Positions 38,650-48,573 of a DNA stretch of 64,000 bases are shown in pieces. A program made the translations under genes and the position numbers. Below the pieces are notes generated by a model. That model made no database searches and had not been told where the DNA came from. It saw only the letters and a list, made by a program, of their open reading frames with translations. Source of the DNA: an uncultured Methanosarcinales archaeon (GTDB lineage: Archaea; Nanobdellota; Nanobdellia; Woesearchaeales; DATDXC01); NCBI GenBank assembly GCA_964510025.1, contig CAZDZV010000003.1, positions 62,001 to 126,000 on the forward strand, read 5' to 3'. How positions within the stretch are numbered: position 1 is the first letter of the stretch; every line of letters begins with the position of its first letter.

Positions 38650-41600
38650 ATGAAGCTGAAGTTTAGTCTTGCATTTTTGTTCGCTATTCTTTTTTGTGCT
38701 TTGAATGCTTTTTCTGTTCTTGGTTTAATCAATGTCTCTCTAGGAACACCTGCTAATGAATACAATTCTACAAACAGGACTATAATTTTTAACTGTACAT
38801 CTTTTGTCGACTATGAAGGAAAATTTGATTATGATGCCAATATCACAAACGTCTCATTATACACTAATTTCACAGGCAGTTGGTTGCCCACCTCACATAA
38901 CAGATCTGGCCCGCTTAACAATACATTTACTTATTTTGTTAATACAAGCTCTGCAGACGGGCATTACCAATGGAACTGCTATGCATGCGATAACAACAGC
39001 GCCTGTAATTTCTCTATATCAAATTACACAATGATAATCGATACCCTCCCTCCGGAAGTACGGCCAATAACCCCTTATAATATAAGTACAGAAGCTACAA
39101 ATTTCACAGAATTTCCTGTCCAAATTATAGCAAATGTTACAGAAAATCTTAGCTATATAGATTCAGCTTGGTATATAATCAATACCGGATTCTGCATAGA
39201 TATGGGGATAATGGGAATTGACTGCAGCACGATCGGGCAGAACCAATCTGATCTGACCTACCTTACTTCTTACAACACCAGCGCTTTTACACGTACTTAT
39301 GCCAATAATTTAACAACCAACTTTTCAAGCAGCTGGACCGGACCAGGACCACATAGCATATATTTTTGTGCAAATGATACATTTGGAAACTCTGCATGCA
39401 ATAACATATACCCCTTAAACGGTTCCTACCCTTCTGGGTTCTTGATCAAAGGCGGAAATGCTACTGACATGGAGAATAATTTTCCTCTGGGTACTTTGAA
39501 CATAACTTATGAAAATGGAACCGATGTACCAGAAAATGTGATGGTTGTACCGCCATTATATAGCTATACCATGAAGATTAATGTTACATATAATAAATTT
39601 ACTTCAATAGTCGGTTTTGAGATAAATGAGACACAGTTATCAGGCATGAACAGCGTGAATATGTCATCAAATCCTACTGATCAACTCAGGGAGGCTGTAG
39701 GTGATGGGTTTGATGTGGAGATGGCATGGATCAACGTTAGTGCGTTATTACCTCAGGAGGCGCTTTATAAATTTGGTATTTTTGAACTATCCGGCATAGG
39801 CTATGATACCCACAAGATGTGCAACGGAACACCAAGCAATCCGACCTGCTGGACCATTGACAAGTGCAACAGCACTTCTGTCAACTTAACTAACCACACC
39901 AGTGTAATCCCAACAGATTCAGGGTGCTGGCTTGAATCAGGAGGAAAGACATATATCTACGTAGATCATTTTACCGGCGGTGTAGGGGGAAACGATACCA
40001 CTGCCCCCAATATAGTTATCAATGCGCCTACAGCAGGCTATAATACTACAAATACAACGCCACTGATAAATGTTACATTTTCGGATCTGAACGGAACTGG
40101 TGTTGATAACAGCACAATAAATATAACGCTTATAGGTACAGATTACATAGGCAATTATACTGTTGTAAATATGAGCTGTACCTCAAATTCCGGGAATATG
40201 TCCAACACAACATGCTCTTTTGTTGTCAGCAGAACCTTGCCTGACGGCACATTAAATATTACAGCTGAGGCCCTGGATGGCAGCAATAATTCAAACTATA
40301 ATATAAGCTGGAGAGAGATCAAGATAGACACTAAATCCCCTATTTTGATGCAAAATCTGACAAACTCTACCAGTGTGGCGGCAAACGGCCATGTGGATGT
40401 AGGGGCTATCTTTGCAGATGCGACAACAGTCTTGGACTGGGCATGGTTGACCATAAATGGCACCCAAAACACAACCAATTCGTCAGGTATCCAGAATAAT
40501 ACGGCAATCAATTTTACCTATATAGTTGGCATAGCGGATATAAATAAGCATTTGAATCTCACTGTATTTGTAAACGATACAGTCGGGAATGTCAACCAAA
40601 GCGATACGCTTACGATCTTAGGCACTGATTCAGTACCTCCAACAATGGTGTTAAACAGTCCTGTGGCTGGATATAATACAAGCAATACCAATCTCTCAAT
40701 AAACGTAACAGTTACGGATAATGTATATACAGCACTATGGTGCAATCTTACTATACAAAATACGTCTGATATGATATGGAAGGAATATGACCTAACCAGC
40801 AATGCAGCTACACTCATATATCCTCCATCCGATCTTGATGATGGTTTCTACCAATGGAACATAACATGTAATGATACACTTGAAAATCAGAATACTTCTC
40901 TTACAAGGAACTTTACAGTAGATACGGTCATTCCGAATAAAGATAGCTATATGTTAAGTGTTTCGGATCAAAATTTGGATGGCAACATAGAAATCAACTG
41001 GACACAAGATTCAAACGCATATATGTATGGAATATTCAGATCAACCAGCGAGATAAACAACGGGACAGATCTGTCTACAGCTACCAGGATTGCTAATGTC
41101 TCCACTCATCCGACAGGGCATTCAAATTTTACAGATAATATCACCAGTCATGGGGTAACATATTGGTATGCTATAACAACCATAGACTATGCCGGCAATG
41201 AGAATCTAACTGTAGTTAATATCTCCCTGAACATAAATAACGTAACTGCGAATGATTCAATCAGGCCCAATAATGTCTTTGGTGTGACTAATTCCACATC
41301 AGGTGACACTGTGACTATCGGATGGCTTGAGGTTGTTAATGACACATACGGCAATAATGATAGCTTTGGGATGCAGTATGAGATCTGGAGAAGCCTAAAT
41401 TCAGCAAGCACCAATAAAAGTGCACTTCAGGTGAACGAAACCTCAAGCGGCTATTCGCTGCTAAAGACAGTTACAGCCAATTCGACCACAGATACAATAA
41501 CAGCCACGGGATTATACCACTATATTGTTGTTTCAAAAGATGATGCTGACAATACAAATTATACGATCACTTATGGTGATGGCGGCAATTACTTCAACAC

Positions 41601-42405
41601 AACTCTTACTGCCAGCAACAGCGAAGAAGGTACAAGTACAAGTTCCAGCAGCGGCGGAGGCGGAGGCGGAGGCGGAGCTGCCACTGCAACAACTGCAACC
41701 TCAGAATCAGTCAACACCGGCAGGATAGCAGGTGGCCAGACCGCAAAGGCAGAATTCAGCGCATCTGATCTGGTAGTTACAGATATTGAGATAACTGTCA
41801 GGAGAACGGTAACGGCTTCGACTATGACTGTAATAAATACAGGCCAGGACAAGGGAGTGGCTACTGAGGCAGTATCATCAAACGAAGATTTTGTCGTGCA
41901 TTCTTACCTTAAGATCATAGCAGGCAAGATCTCTGATTCAAACCTGGAAAAGGCCTTCATCCGGTTCAAGATAGCCAAGGATTCCGGATATGACCCTAGC
42001 AGTGTGGAACTAAGAAGATATGATGCCATTGACAAGAAATGGATATCCTTGGACACTGAGCTTGATTTCCAGGATTCGAGCTATTATTATTTCAAAACAG
42101 AGACCCCAGGATTTTCCATATTTGCCATTGTAGGTAAAACACTTTCGGGCTCTGCTGTTGCAGAAACCACAGAGACCGAAGTCCAACAGACAGGGGAAAT
42201 CAGCTGTGGCGATGGCATCTGTGAAGGAGATGAGGACCAGGACAGCTGTCCGGCCGACTGCTCACCACCAGTACAACAACCTGTAGAGGAATCTGAATCG
42301 GCTCTTCCAGAGCAGGCGCCAAATACACTATGGGTTATTTTGGGAATAGTGGTTGTATTGATACTGCTGGCAGTGATAATCATCTTTATTTACTATAAGA
42401 GATAA
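38650..42405 (+). CDS. Large surface glycoprotein with PGF-pre-PGF domain and C-terminal TM anchor
   Basis: Signal peptide; dense N-x-S/T; Ser/Gly linker; ETPGFSIFAI; CGDGICE..CPADC; TM plus YYKR. Confidence 0.85.
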   Translation: MKLKFSLAFLFAILFCALNAFSVLGLINVSLGTPANEYNSTNRTIIFNCTSFVDYEGKFDYDANITNVSLYTNFTGSWLPTSHNRSGPLNNTFTYFVNTSSADGHYQWNCYACDNNSACNFSISNYTMIIDTLPPEVRPITPYNISTEATNFTEFPVQIIANVTENLSYIDSAWYIINTGFCIDMGIMGIDCSTIGQNQSDLTYLTSYNTSAFTRTYANNLTTNFSSSWTGPGPHSIYFCANDTFGNSACNNIYPLNGSYPSGFLIKGGNATDMENNFPLGTLNITYENGTDVPENVMVVPPLYSYTMKINVTYNKFTSIVGFEINETQLSGMNSVNMSSNPTDQLREAVGDGFDVEMAWINVSALLPQEALYKFGIFELSGIGYDTHKMCNGTPSNPTCWTIDKCNSTSVNLTNHTSVIPTDSGCWLESGGKTYIYVDHFTGGVGGNDTTAPNIVINAPTAGYNTTNTTPLINVTFSDLNGTGVDNSTINITLIGTDYIGNYTVVNMSCTSNSGNMSNTTCSFVVSRTLPDGTLNITAEALDGSNNSNYNISWREIKIDTKSPILMQNLTNSTSVAANGHVDVGAIFADATTVLDWAWLTINGTQNTTNSSGIQNNTAINFTYIVGIADINKHLNLTVFVNDTVGNVNQSDTLTILGTDSVPPTMVLNSPVAGYNTSNTNLSINVTVTDNVYTALWCNLTIQNTSDMIWKEYDLTSNAATLIYPPSDLDDGFYQWNITCNDTLENQNTSLTRNFTVDTVIPNKDSYMLSVSDQNLDGNIEINWTQDSNAYMYGIFRSTSEINNGTDLSTATRIANVSTHPTGHSNFTDNITSHGVTYWYAITTIDYAGNENLTVVNISLNINNVTANDSIRPNNVFGVTNSTSGDTVTIGWLEVVNDTYGNNDSFGMQYEIWRSLNSASTNKSALQVNETSSGYSLLKTVTANSTTDTITATGLYHYIVVSKDDADNTNYTITYGDGGNYFNTTLTASNSEEGTSTSSSSGGGGGGGGAATATTATSESVNTGRIAGGQTAKAEFSASDLVVTDIEITVRRTVTASTMTVINTGQDKGVATEAVSSNEDFVVHSYLKIIAGKISDSNLEKAFIRFKIAKDSGYDPSSVELRRYDAIDKKWISLDTELDFQDSSYYYFKTETPGFSIFAIVGKTLSGSAVAETTETEVQQTGEISCGDGICEGDEDQDSCPADCSPPVQQPVEESESALPEQAPNTLWVILGIVVVLILLAVIIIFIYYKR

Positions 42406-42459
42406 AAGCGAAATTTTTAAATAACTATCTCTTATATACCCTTTAGAAAAAGGGGTAGG

Positions 42460-45400
42460 ATGATAAATTATAAGATATTTACACTGTTTTTATTGCTTTT
42501 TTTCCCCATAAGCACCCATGCGCTTGTGAATACCTCCCTTAATTATCCCAGTACTGGGCATTCCATAGGTAATAGGACCATAGTCTTCAACTGTACCTCG
42601 CTTGTCGATTATGAAGGCAAGTTTGCCTATGACGCAAATATAACGAATGTTACCCTTTATACTAATTTCACAGGCAGCTGGGTGCCTACATCCCATAATC
42701 GATCAGGCCCATTGAATAATACATATACCTATTTCCAGAATACCACCTCAGAAGAAGGCCATTTTCAATGGAACTGCTACGGCTGCGACAATAACAGCAA
42801 CTGCAATTTTTCAATAGACCACTTTACCTTAATTGTAGACACGCCGCCAAGCATAGAGATAAATTTCTATGATGAGAACTTCAACATAAGTTCCCAGTAT
42901 CCATCCTTCAATATAACCGCTACAGACAATCTTGTGGATGATTTTTGGTGCAATCTCACCATAAACAGCGTTGTCAACAGGACCATAGCCTTTACAAACG
43001 GAACTTCACCAAATATAACGGTGGGCAACGCCATGGCCGACGGCTACTATAACTGGAGCATCTCCTGCAATTCCAGCTCTGGTGCCTGGAACTCAACCTC
43101 GACCAGGAACATAACCATAGACACAAAAGCCCCTATCATGGGCATAAACGGAACAAACACTACTTCTGCATTCAACGGCTCCCACGTTGCAGTATGGGCC
43201 AACTTCACAGACAATCTCACAAATGTAAGCAATGCCTGGCTGATGGTAGATGGTATCGTTAACTCAACAAATTCTACAGGTGTGTCTGATCACCTTATTA
43301 TCAACTTCACATACATAGTGCCTATCTCATTTACAGGGGCCTCTATCAACCTGACCATTGTGGTCAATGACTCTGCCGGAAACAGCAACCAGACAGATAC
43401 AATTTACATCAACATAACAGACGTAATTGAGCCCCACGTCACACTTAACGAACCGATTGAATCGTATAATGTGAGCTCTGAGAATATCACCTTTAATGTG
43501 ACAATCACAGACAATGTAGACCGTTTCATCTGGTGCAACCTCACTATAAACGATGTTGTAAACAGGACCTTTCTCGTAACAAACGGAACAGATAATATCA
43601 CATATGCTTCAGGCAGCTTTGCAGACGGCTATTATCAATGGAACATAACCTGCAACGATACAGCGGGCAATGTCAATAAATCCATCACAAGGAACTTCAC
43701 CATAGACACCAAGCCCCCTGTACTTAATTTCAACGCGACCAACAGCACCAGCGCCAATAAGAGCAGCAGCGTGCTTATCCAGGCCAACTTTACAGATGCG
43801 ACCACCAACCTGACATGGATGTGGCTTGTGGTCAACGGAACAGTAAATTCAACGACTTTTGCCGGAGTTTCAGACAGCCTTATCAAGAATTTTAGCTATT
43901 ACATCGCACCAGAGCTGGAGAACAACCATCTCAACTTTACCATACTTGTAAATGATTCTGCAGGAAATGTGAACCAAACCAGCACTATGATTATAAGGGT
44001 CAATGATACGACATTACCTTTTGTCACGATAAACTCCCCTATTGAAAATCTAAATTCAAGTTCCGATAACATAACCTTCAATTTTTCAGCATCAGATAAT
44101 GGGGCAGCTGTATTGTGGTGCAATCTGACAATAAACAATGTGGTGAACAAGACCTTTTCTGTCGTTAACGGCACATCACCAAATATCTCTGCTTCGTATA
44201 ATCTCTCAGATGGCTATTATCAATGGAACATAACCTGCAATGATACATCTGCCAACATAAATACAACTGCCACAAGAAACTTCACCATTGACACCATACC
44301 GCCTGTCCTGAACAAGAACGCTACGAATACCACAACAGCCCTTGTGGGGCATCACATTGACATATGGACCAACTTCACAGACACCACTACAAATGTGACA
44401 TGGATGTGGCTTTTGGTGAACGGCACCCTCAATGCAACCACCAGAACAGGCGTAGGAGATGATCTTGCCGTCAATTTTACCTATATAGTATCAGCAGCTG
44501 AGGCAAGAAAACACCTAAATCTTTCCATAGTCGTGAACGATACCACGGGAAATACTGCACAGACTTACACACAATTAGTGACAGTAAGCGATAACTCTCC
44601 ACCTGATACAATCCTTAACTTCCCATCAGACAACTGGAATTCAAGCGCTTCGACCGTGACGTTCAATTTCACTGTAACAGATAACCTGGATAGTGAGCTA
44701 TATTGCAACATCACCATCAACAATGTTGCCAACAGGAGCTTTTATGCAGCGAGCGGTGCAGACACCTTGATAACAGTATCTGATTTCTTTTCAAACGGCA
44801 ACAGCTACCAATGGAATGTGTCCTGCAACGACAGCATAGGAAATGTCAACATATCCGAGACATGGAGCTTCAATATTGATGCTGTCCTCCCTGCTACTGC
44901 CCCCAATATTACACATGTCAATGATTCAAACAACGATGGAAATATCGAAATAAACTGGACTGCTGACCCTAATGCCTTCAAATACGGGCTTTACAGGGCC
45001 AATTATGAGATTCTCAACAACGCAACAGGACTTGAGAGAATTGCAAATGTTACTGGCACATATTACGAGGACAATACTTCTGTCCACGGCACTATACACT
45101 GGTACGTGATGACTACGATAGACTATGCCGGAAATGAGAACAGCTCGATAGTAAACATAACAATTAACAGGAACAATGCAACCGCCAACGATAGTATAAT
45201 CCCTAGCAGGGTGACGAACCTGAATGTTACTGGGGCAGGGGATACAGCAGTGTTAAGATGGCACCGGGTAAGGAATGACACCGAGGGCAACAATGATTCC
45301 ATAGGGATCATGTATGAGATATGGCGCGGAAGCTATGTTAATTTGAGCAAAAGATGTGTCAATGATTCAGGAACATATCTGGAGCTCCTAGAGACCGTAT

Positions 45401-46296
45401 CTACAAACACAACCACAGATACGGTTACGGATGGAGGCACATACCACTATGTGGTCATCTCTGTGGATGATGCAAACCAATCTAACAGGACCATAGTGAT
45501 TGAGCCGGATGGCCATTACGGCAACACGAGCCTTGACGTTGAGGAATCCACAACACGCCTGGGCACACCCGGTGGCGGCGGAGGAGGTGGAGGCGGAGCA
45601 GCCACCAAAACAGCAACATCAGAGACAGTAAATACCGGGCTAGTCAGGGCAGGCACAACAGCAAAAGCAGAATTTACTGCGTCTGAACTATTAATTACAG
45701 ATATTGAGATAACAGTCAAGCAGACAGTGACGGCCTCTACGGTTACAGTGATAAACACTGGACAAGACAGGGGCGTTGTACCTTCTGCGGTAGATGATAG
45801 CAATCTGGTAGTCCATTCATACCTAAGGATAGTGGTGGGCAAGATATCGGACAGCAATATTGAGCATGCAGTTATCAAGTTCAGGGTGGCTAAGGCAGAA
45901 GGCTACGAGCCAGGCAGCATACATCTTAGAAGATACGGTGGATTTGAGAAATCATGGGAGATCCTGCCCACTAAACTGCTCAGGCAGGATTCAGACTACT
46001 ATTATTATGAAGCAAATGCCGAGGGATTTTCGGTTTTTGCAATAGTCGCCAAAAAATTAGAGATGCCTTCCAATGAGGCTACAACCATCTCCACCGGGGA
46101 GCTGAAGGAAGAGGAAAGTTGCAGAGATGGCGAATGTTCAGAGGAGTGTCCTGGCAACTGTGAAGAAAAGGAACCCAAAATCGATGAAGAGAAAGTTATC
46201 CAGGAAAAGGCGTCTAACATTATCTGGATTATTGTATCTATATGCGTAGTCATAGGCTTGCTGCTTGCGCTTGTCATTCTGTTCAAGAAAGACTAA
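42460..46296 (+). CDS. Paralogous large surface glycoprotein with PGF-pre-PGF-like domain and internal repeats
   Basis: N- and C-terminal domains shared with 38650-42405; AEGFSVFAI; C-terminal TM. Confidence 0.85.
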   Translation: MINYKIFTLFLLLFFPISTHALVNTSLNYPSTGHSIGNRTIVFNCTSLVDYEGKFAYDANITNVTLYTNFTGSWVPTSHNRSGPLNNTYTYFQNTTSEEGHFQWNCYGCDNNSNCNFSIDHFTLIVDTPPSIEINFYDENFNISSQYPSFNITATDNLVDDFWCNLTINSVVNRTIAFTNGTSPNITVGNAMADGYYNWSISCNSSSGAWNSTSTRNITIDTKAPIMGINGTNTTSAFNGSHVAVWANFTDNLTNVSNAWLMVDGIVNSTNSTGVSDHLIINFTYIVPISFTGASINLTIVVNDSAGNSNQTDTIYINITDVIEPHVTLNEPIESYNVSSENITFNVTITDNVDRFIWCNLTINDVVNRTFLVTNGTDNITYASGSFADGYYQWNITCNDTAGNVNKSITRNFTIDTKPPVLNFNATNSTSANKSSSVLIQANFTDATTNLTWMWLVVNGTVNSTTFAGVSDSLIKNFSYYIAPELENNHLNFTILVNDSAGNVNQTSTMIIRVNDTTLPFVTINSPIENLNSSSDNITFNFSASDNGAAVLWCNLTINNVVNKTFSVVNGTSPNISASYNLSDGYYQWNITCNDTSANINTTATRNFTIDTIPPVLNKNATNTTTALVGHHIDIWTNFTDTTTNVTWMWLLVNGTLNATTRTGVGDDLAVNFTYIVSAAEARKHLNLSIVVNDTTGNTAQTYTQLVTVSDNSPPDTILNFPSDNWNSSASTVTFNFTVTDNLDSELYCNITINNVANRSFYAASGADTLITVSDFFSNGNSYQWNVSCNDSIGNVNISETWSFNIDAVLPATAPNITHVNDSNNDGNIEINWTADPNAFKYGLYRANYEILNNATGLERIANVTGTYYEDNTSVHGTIHWYVMTTIDYAGNENSSIVNITINRNNATANDSIIPSRVTNLNVTGAGDTAVLRWHRVRNDTEGNNDSIGIMYEIWRGSYVNLSKRCVNDSGTYLELLETVSTNTTTDTVTDGGTYHYVVISVDDANQSNRTIVIEPDGHYGNTSLDVEESTTRLGTPGGGGGGGGGAATKTATSETVNTGLVRAGTTAKAEFTASELLITDIEITVKQTVTASTVTVINTGQDRGVVPSAVDDSNLVVHSYLRIVVGKISDSNIEHAVIKFRVAKAEGYEPGSIHLRRYGGFEKSWEILPTKLLRQDSDYYYYEANAEGFSVFAIVAKKLEMPSNEATTISTGELKEEESCRDGECSEECPGNCEEKEPKIDEEKVIQEKASNIIWIIVSICVVIGLLLALVILFKKD
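42830..44880 (+). repeat. Degenerate intragenic tandem repeat, 585-bp (195-aa) period, about 3.5 copies
   Basis: DGYY(N/Q)W codon blocks start at 43039, 43624 and 44209 (exactly 585 apart); a fourth YQWNVSC block lies at about 44806; boundaries approximate. Confidence 0.85.
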
Positions 46297-47156
46297 TGTA
46301 TGGTGATTGAGCCATATCCAACTGCTGAACCATAATCTTTTGTTATGTCTCCTGAAGTATAGTAATGAAGCAGCTTCGCTTTTTTTGCCCCAAGCAGCCT
46401 TGAAAGCTCAATAGCAACAGCAATGGGATACTTTCCGCAAATAGTTGCCCCAGTTCTCATCACGTATTCCAGGAATCCTTGATAATCAAGATTTGCTATG
46501 TGCCCTATAGCTTTTTTATCCAGCTCATACATGTTCTTTTTTATGTCCTGCTGAAAAGGGAAGTAGCCATACGTTAAACCAAAGTGGGTAAAGTCACTGG
46601 ATGCTATGATACATGGATTCAATTCAAGGTCTCTAGTCGTGTCTGCTATGGTTTTAGCAATCGTAGGCGGCGGGACGTCTGAAGATGCTATTATGGGCAT
46701 TATGCTCAGCTTGTTTAGATTGTCTTTAGCTGAAAATTGAAGAAAAGGCAGCTGTACCTCAATGCTGTGTTCATTCCTGTGGGCCTCTTCATTGTTCATA
46801 ATGCCTTTCTTGACAAGCGCTTTTCCAATCTCTTTATTTGTTCGCACAACCCCCAAAGGCGTTTCCCAATCTTCTAACGACAGGCAAGTTGGATGTCCTG
46901 CGTGAGACAGCCCCAGCAATATATATACATCAGGAAACCTAGACTCGGCTATCTCCTTATATGCCCAAGCAGCACAAGGACCTGAAAAAGGATATCCTGC
47001 GTGGGGGGCGACTATCCCTACAGTAGATTTTTTCCTGTCCTTCAGCGGCAGGGAACCAGGGCCCTGCTGCGCTGAGAAAGACCAGAGTATCGATTCATTC
47101 AGCTCCTGAAAATCAGACGGATAAAAGCTTCCTGCTACAATCGGCTTTCTTACCAT
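46293..47156 (-). CDS. MEMO1 family (AmmeMemoRadiSam protein B)
   Basis: Start re-called at MVRKPIVAGSFYP; PHAGY.FSG, EHSIEVQLPF, SSDFTH, TICG, VGY. Confidence 0.9.
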   Translation of the reverse strand: MVRKPIVAGSFYPSDFQELNESILWSFSAQQGPGSLPLKDRKKSTVGIVAPHAGYPFSGPCAAWAYKEIAESRFPDVYILLGLSHAGHPTCLSLEDWETPLGVVRTNKEIGKALVKKGIMNNEEAHRNEHSIEVQLPFLQFSAKDNLNKLSIMPIIASSDVPPPTIAKTIADTTRDLELNPCIIASSDFTHFGLTYGYFPFQQDIKKNMYELDKKAIGHIANLDYQGFLEYVMRTGATICGKYPIAVAIELSRLLGAKKAKLLHYYTSGDITKDYGSAVGYGSITIH

Positions 47157-47238
47157 AAATTCATGTATTTGAATGAGCTTTTTAAATCTTGTTGAAATTT
47201 TGCGAATGTTTAAATATGGATGTTTATTATAACTAAAT

Positions 47239-48573
47239 ATGCAGATGAAATACCTTATGTTGCTGGGATTACTGTTAGTGCCTGTCACCCTTGCAGATAT
47301 CAGCTTGACTACTGATCTCAAGGACGAATATAACCTTGGGGATTCAATCATAGCTTCATTTGATATAGAGGCAGATGATGATATGGATGCATTATTTAAG
47401 ATCAATATGGTCTGCGAGAGCTTTGATATAAATTATTATACCCTGTTGATTAACATCGATGCTTCTGAAAAAGCTGTAATAAATCCTCCGCCCATAAGGG
47501 CAATCAAGCGAATGAAAGGCGCATGCAGGCTAAGGGCTTTGGTAGAGACCCTGGACAGCAGCGTATTGGAAGATTACCAGTCAGATAAATTCGAGATTAC
47601 AGACCAGCTTGCCCTGGACGCGGACATCGCCAACACAACAGCGCTGCCAGGCCAGACTATTGAAATCAAGGGCAATGTCTATGCATCATTTGATAATTTT
47701 GATGGCCTTTTTGCCTTAATTTCATTCGACGGTGAACAATATAACCTGTCTGTAGATGATACTCAGTTTGATTCAGAGATCCCGGTTAAAGGAGATATCG
47801 GGACAGGAGAGCATCTTCTTTTTTTGGAGATGATAGATTCTTTTGGCAATAATGGGGATATGAAGTTCTATGTTAATGTTAATCCCATACCCACAAATAT
47901 TGGTATTGATATCAACAAGAAACTTTTCAGGCCTGAAGAAAGTCTCAAAATTAAGGCTGCTCTGCATGACCAGGCCGGAGAAAGAATCATCGACAGTGTA
48001 ATCAATGTCCAGCTTTCCAAGGGGAAGAATATAGTCTTCACGAAATCCGTGTTTTCCAACCAGGAGATAGAGCATGTATTTTCAAAATATGCGGATCCAG
48101 GAAAGTATGAAATAAAAACAACCTATGACAATATAGGGTCTGAGGTTTCAGTTATTGTGGAGGAAGTCAAGAAACTGGATGTCAACTTGGAGGGCCATAT
48201 AGTGCATGTATCAAATATTGGAAACGTAGTTTACAATGAACCTATAAGTCTGAATCTGCTTGGACAAGACAACAAGGATATGGTAGATGTCCAGATCAAT
48301 CTAGCTCCTGGGGAATCTACTGAAGTCGATCTTTCAAAGTATGTGAAGGAAGACAGCTATTCTGTTGAATTTGTGGCAGAAGAAGAGACAAAGGAGCTTG
48401 CTGCTGAGGTACCTATTGAAGACAACAGGCCCCTGTTTAACAGAATTACAGGTTTTTTCATCGCTACCGGCGATGCCGGCAGCTTAAACATGAAGTCTAT
48501 GCTGGCGCTTGTTCTTGTGGTGGCTATAATCGCGGCAGTCGTTGTTAGCCAAATAAAAAGAAGGAAACTCTAA
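47239..48573 (+). CDS. Secreted, C-terminally TM-anchored hypothetical surface protein
   Basis: Signal peptide, acidic beta-rich body, C-terminal TM plus KRRKL. Confidence 0.7.
   Translation: MQMKYLMLLGLLLVPVTLADISLTTDLKDEYNLGDSIIASFDIEADDDMDALFKINMVCESFDINYYTLLINIDASEKAVINPPPIRAIKRMKGACRLRALVETLDSSVLEDYQSDKFEITDQLALDADIANTTALPGQTIEIKGNVYASFDNFDGLFALISFDGEQYNLSVDDTQFDSEIPVKGDIGTGEHLLFLEMIDSFGNNGDMKFYVNVNPIPTNIGIDINKKLFRPEESLKIKAALHDQAGERIIDSVINVQLSKGKNIVFTKSVFSNQEIEHVFSKYADPGKYEIKTTYDNIGSEVSVIVEEVKKLDVNLEGHIVHVSNIGNVVYNEPISLNLLGQDNKDMVDVQINLAPGESTEVDLSKYVKEDSYSVEFVAEEETKELAAEVPIEDNRPLFNRITGFFIATGDAGSLNMKSMLALVLVVAIIAAVVVSQIKRRKL

Noticed and set aside
41640..41680. GGC/GGA microsatellite (also about 45571-45600) as a phase-variation tract
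   Set aside because: In-frame triplets encoding the Gly linker before the PGF-pre-PGF domain; slippage would not shift frame
42830..44880. CRISPR array or DGR template/variable repeat
   Set aside because: Repeats are long, in-frame and degenerate; no spacers, cas genes or reverse transcriptase seen
46293..47156. Complete AmmeMemoRadiSam system
   Set aside because: Only the MEMO1 component is present; no AMMECR1 or cognate radical SAM adjacent
47157..47405. Long N-terminal extensions in the ORF track (MEMO1; also GT9, GT4 at 11037, DUF192, SDR, Lrp)
   Set aside because: They overlap neighbours or promoters; family homology begins at downstream ATGs
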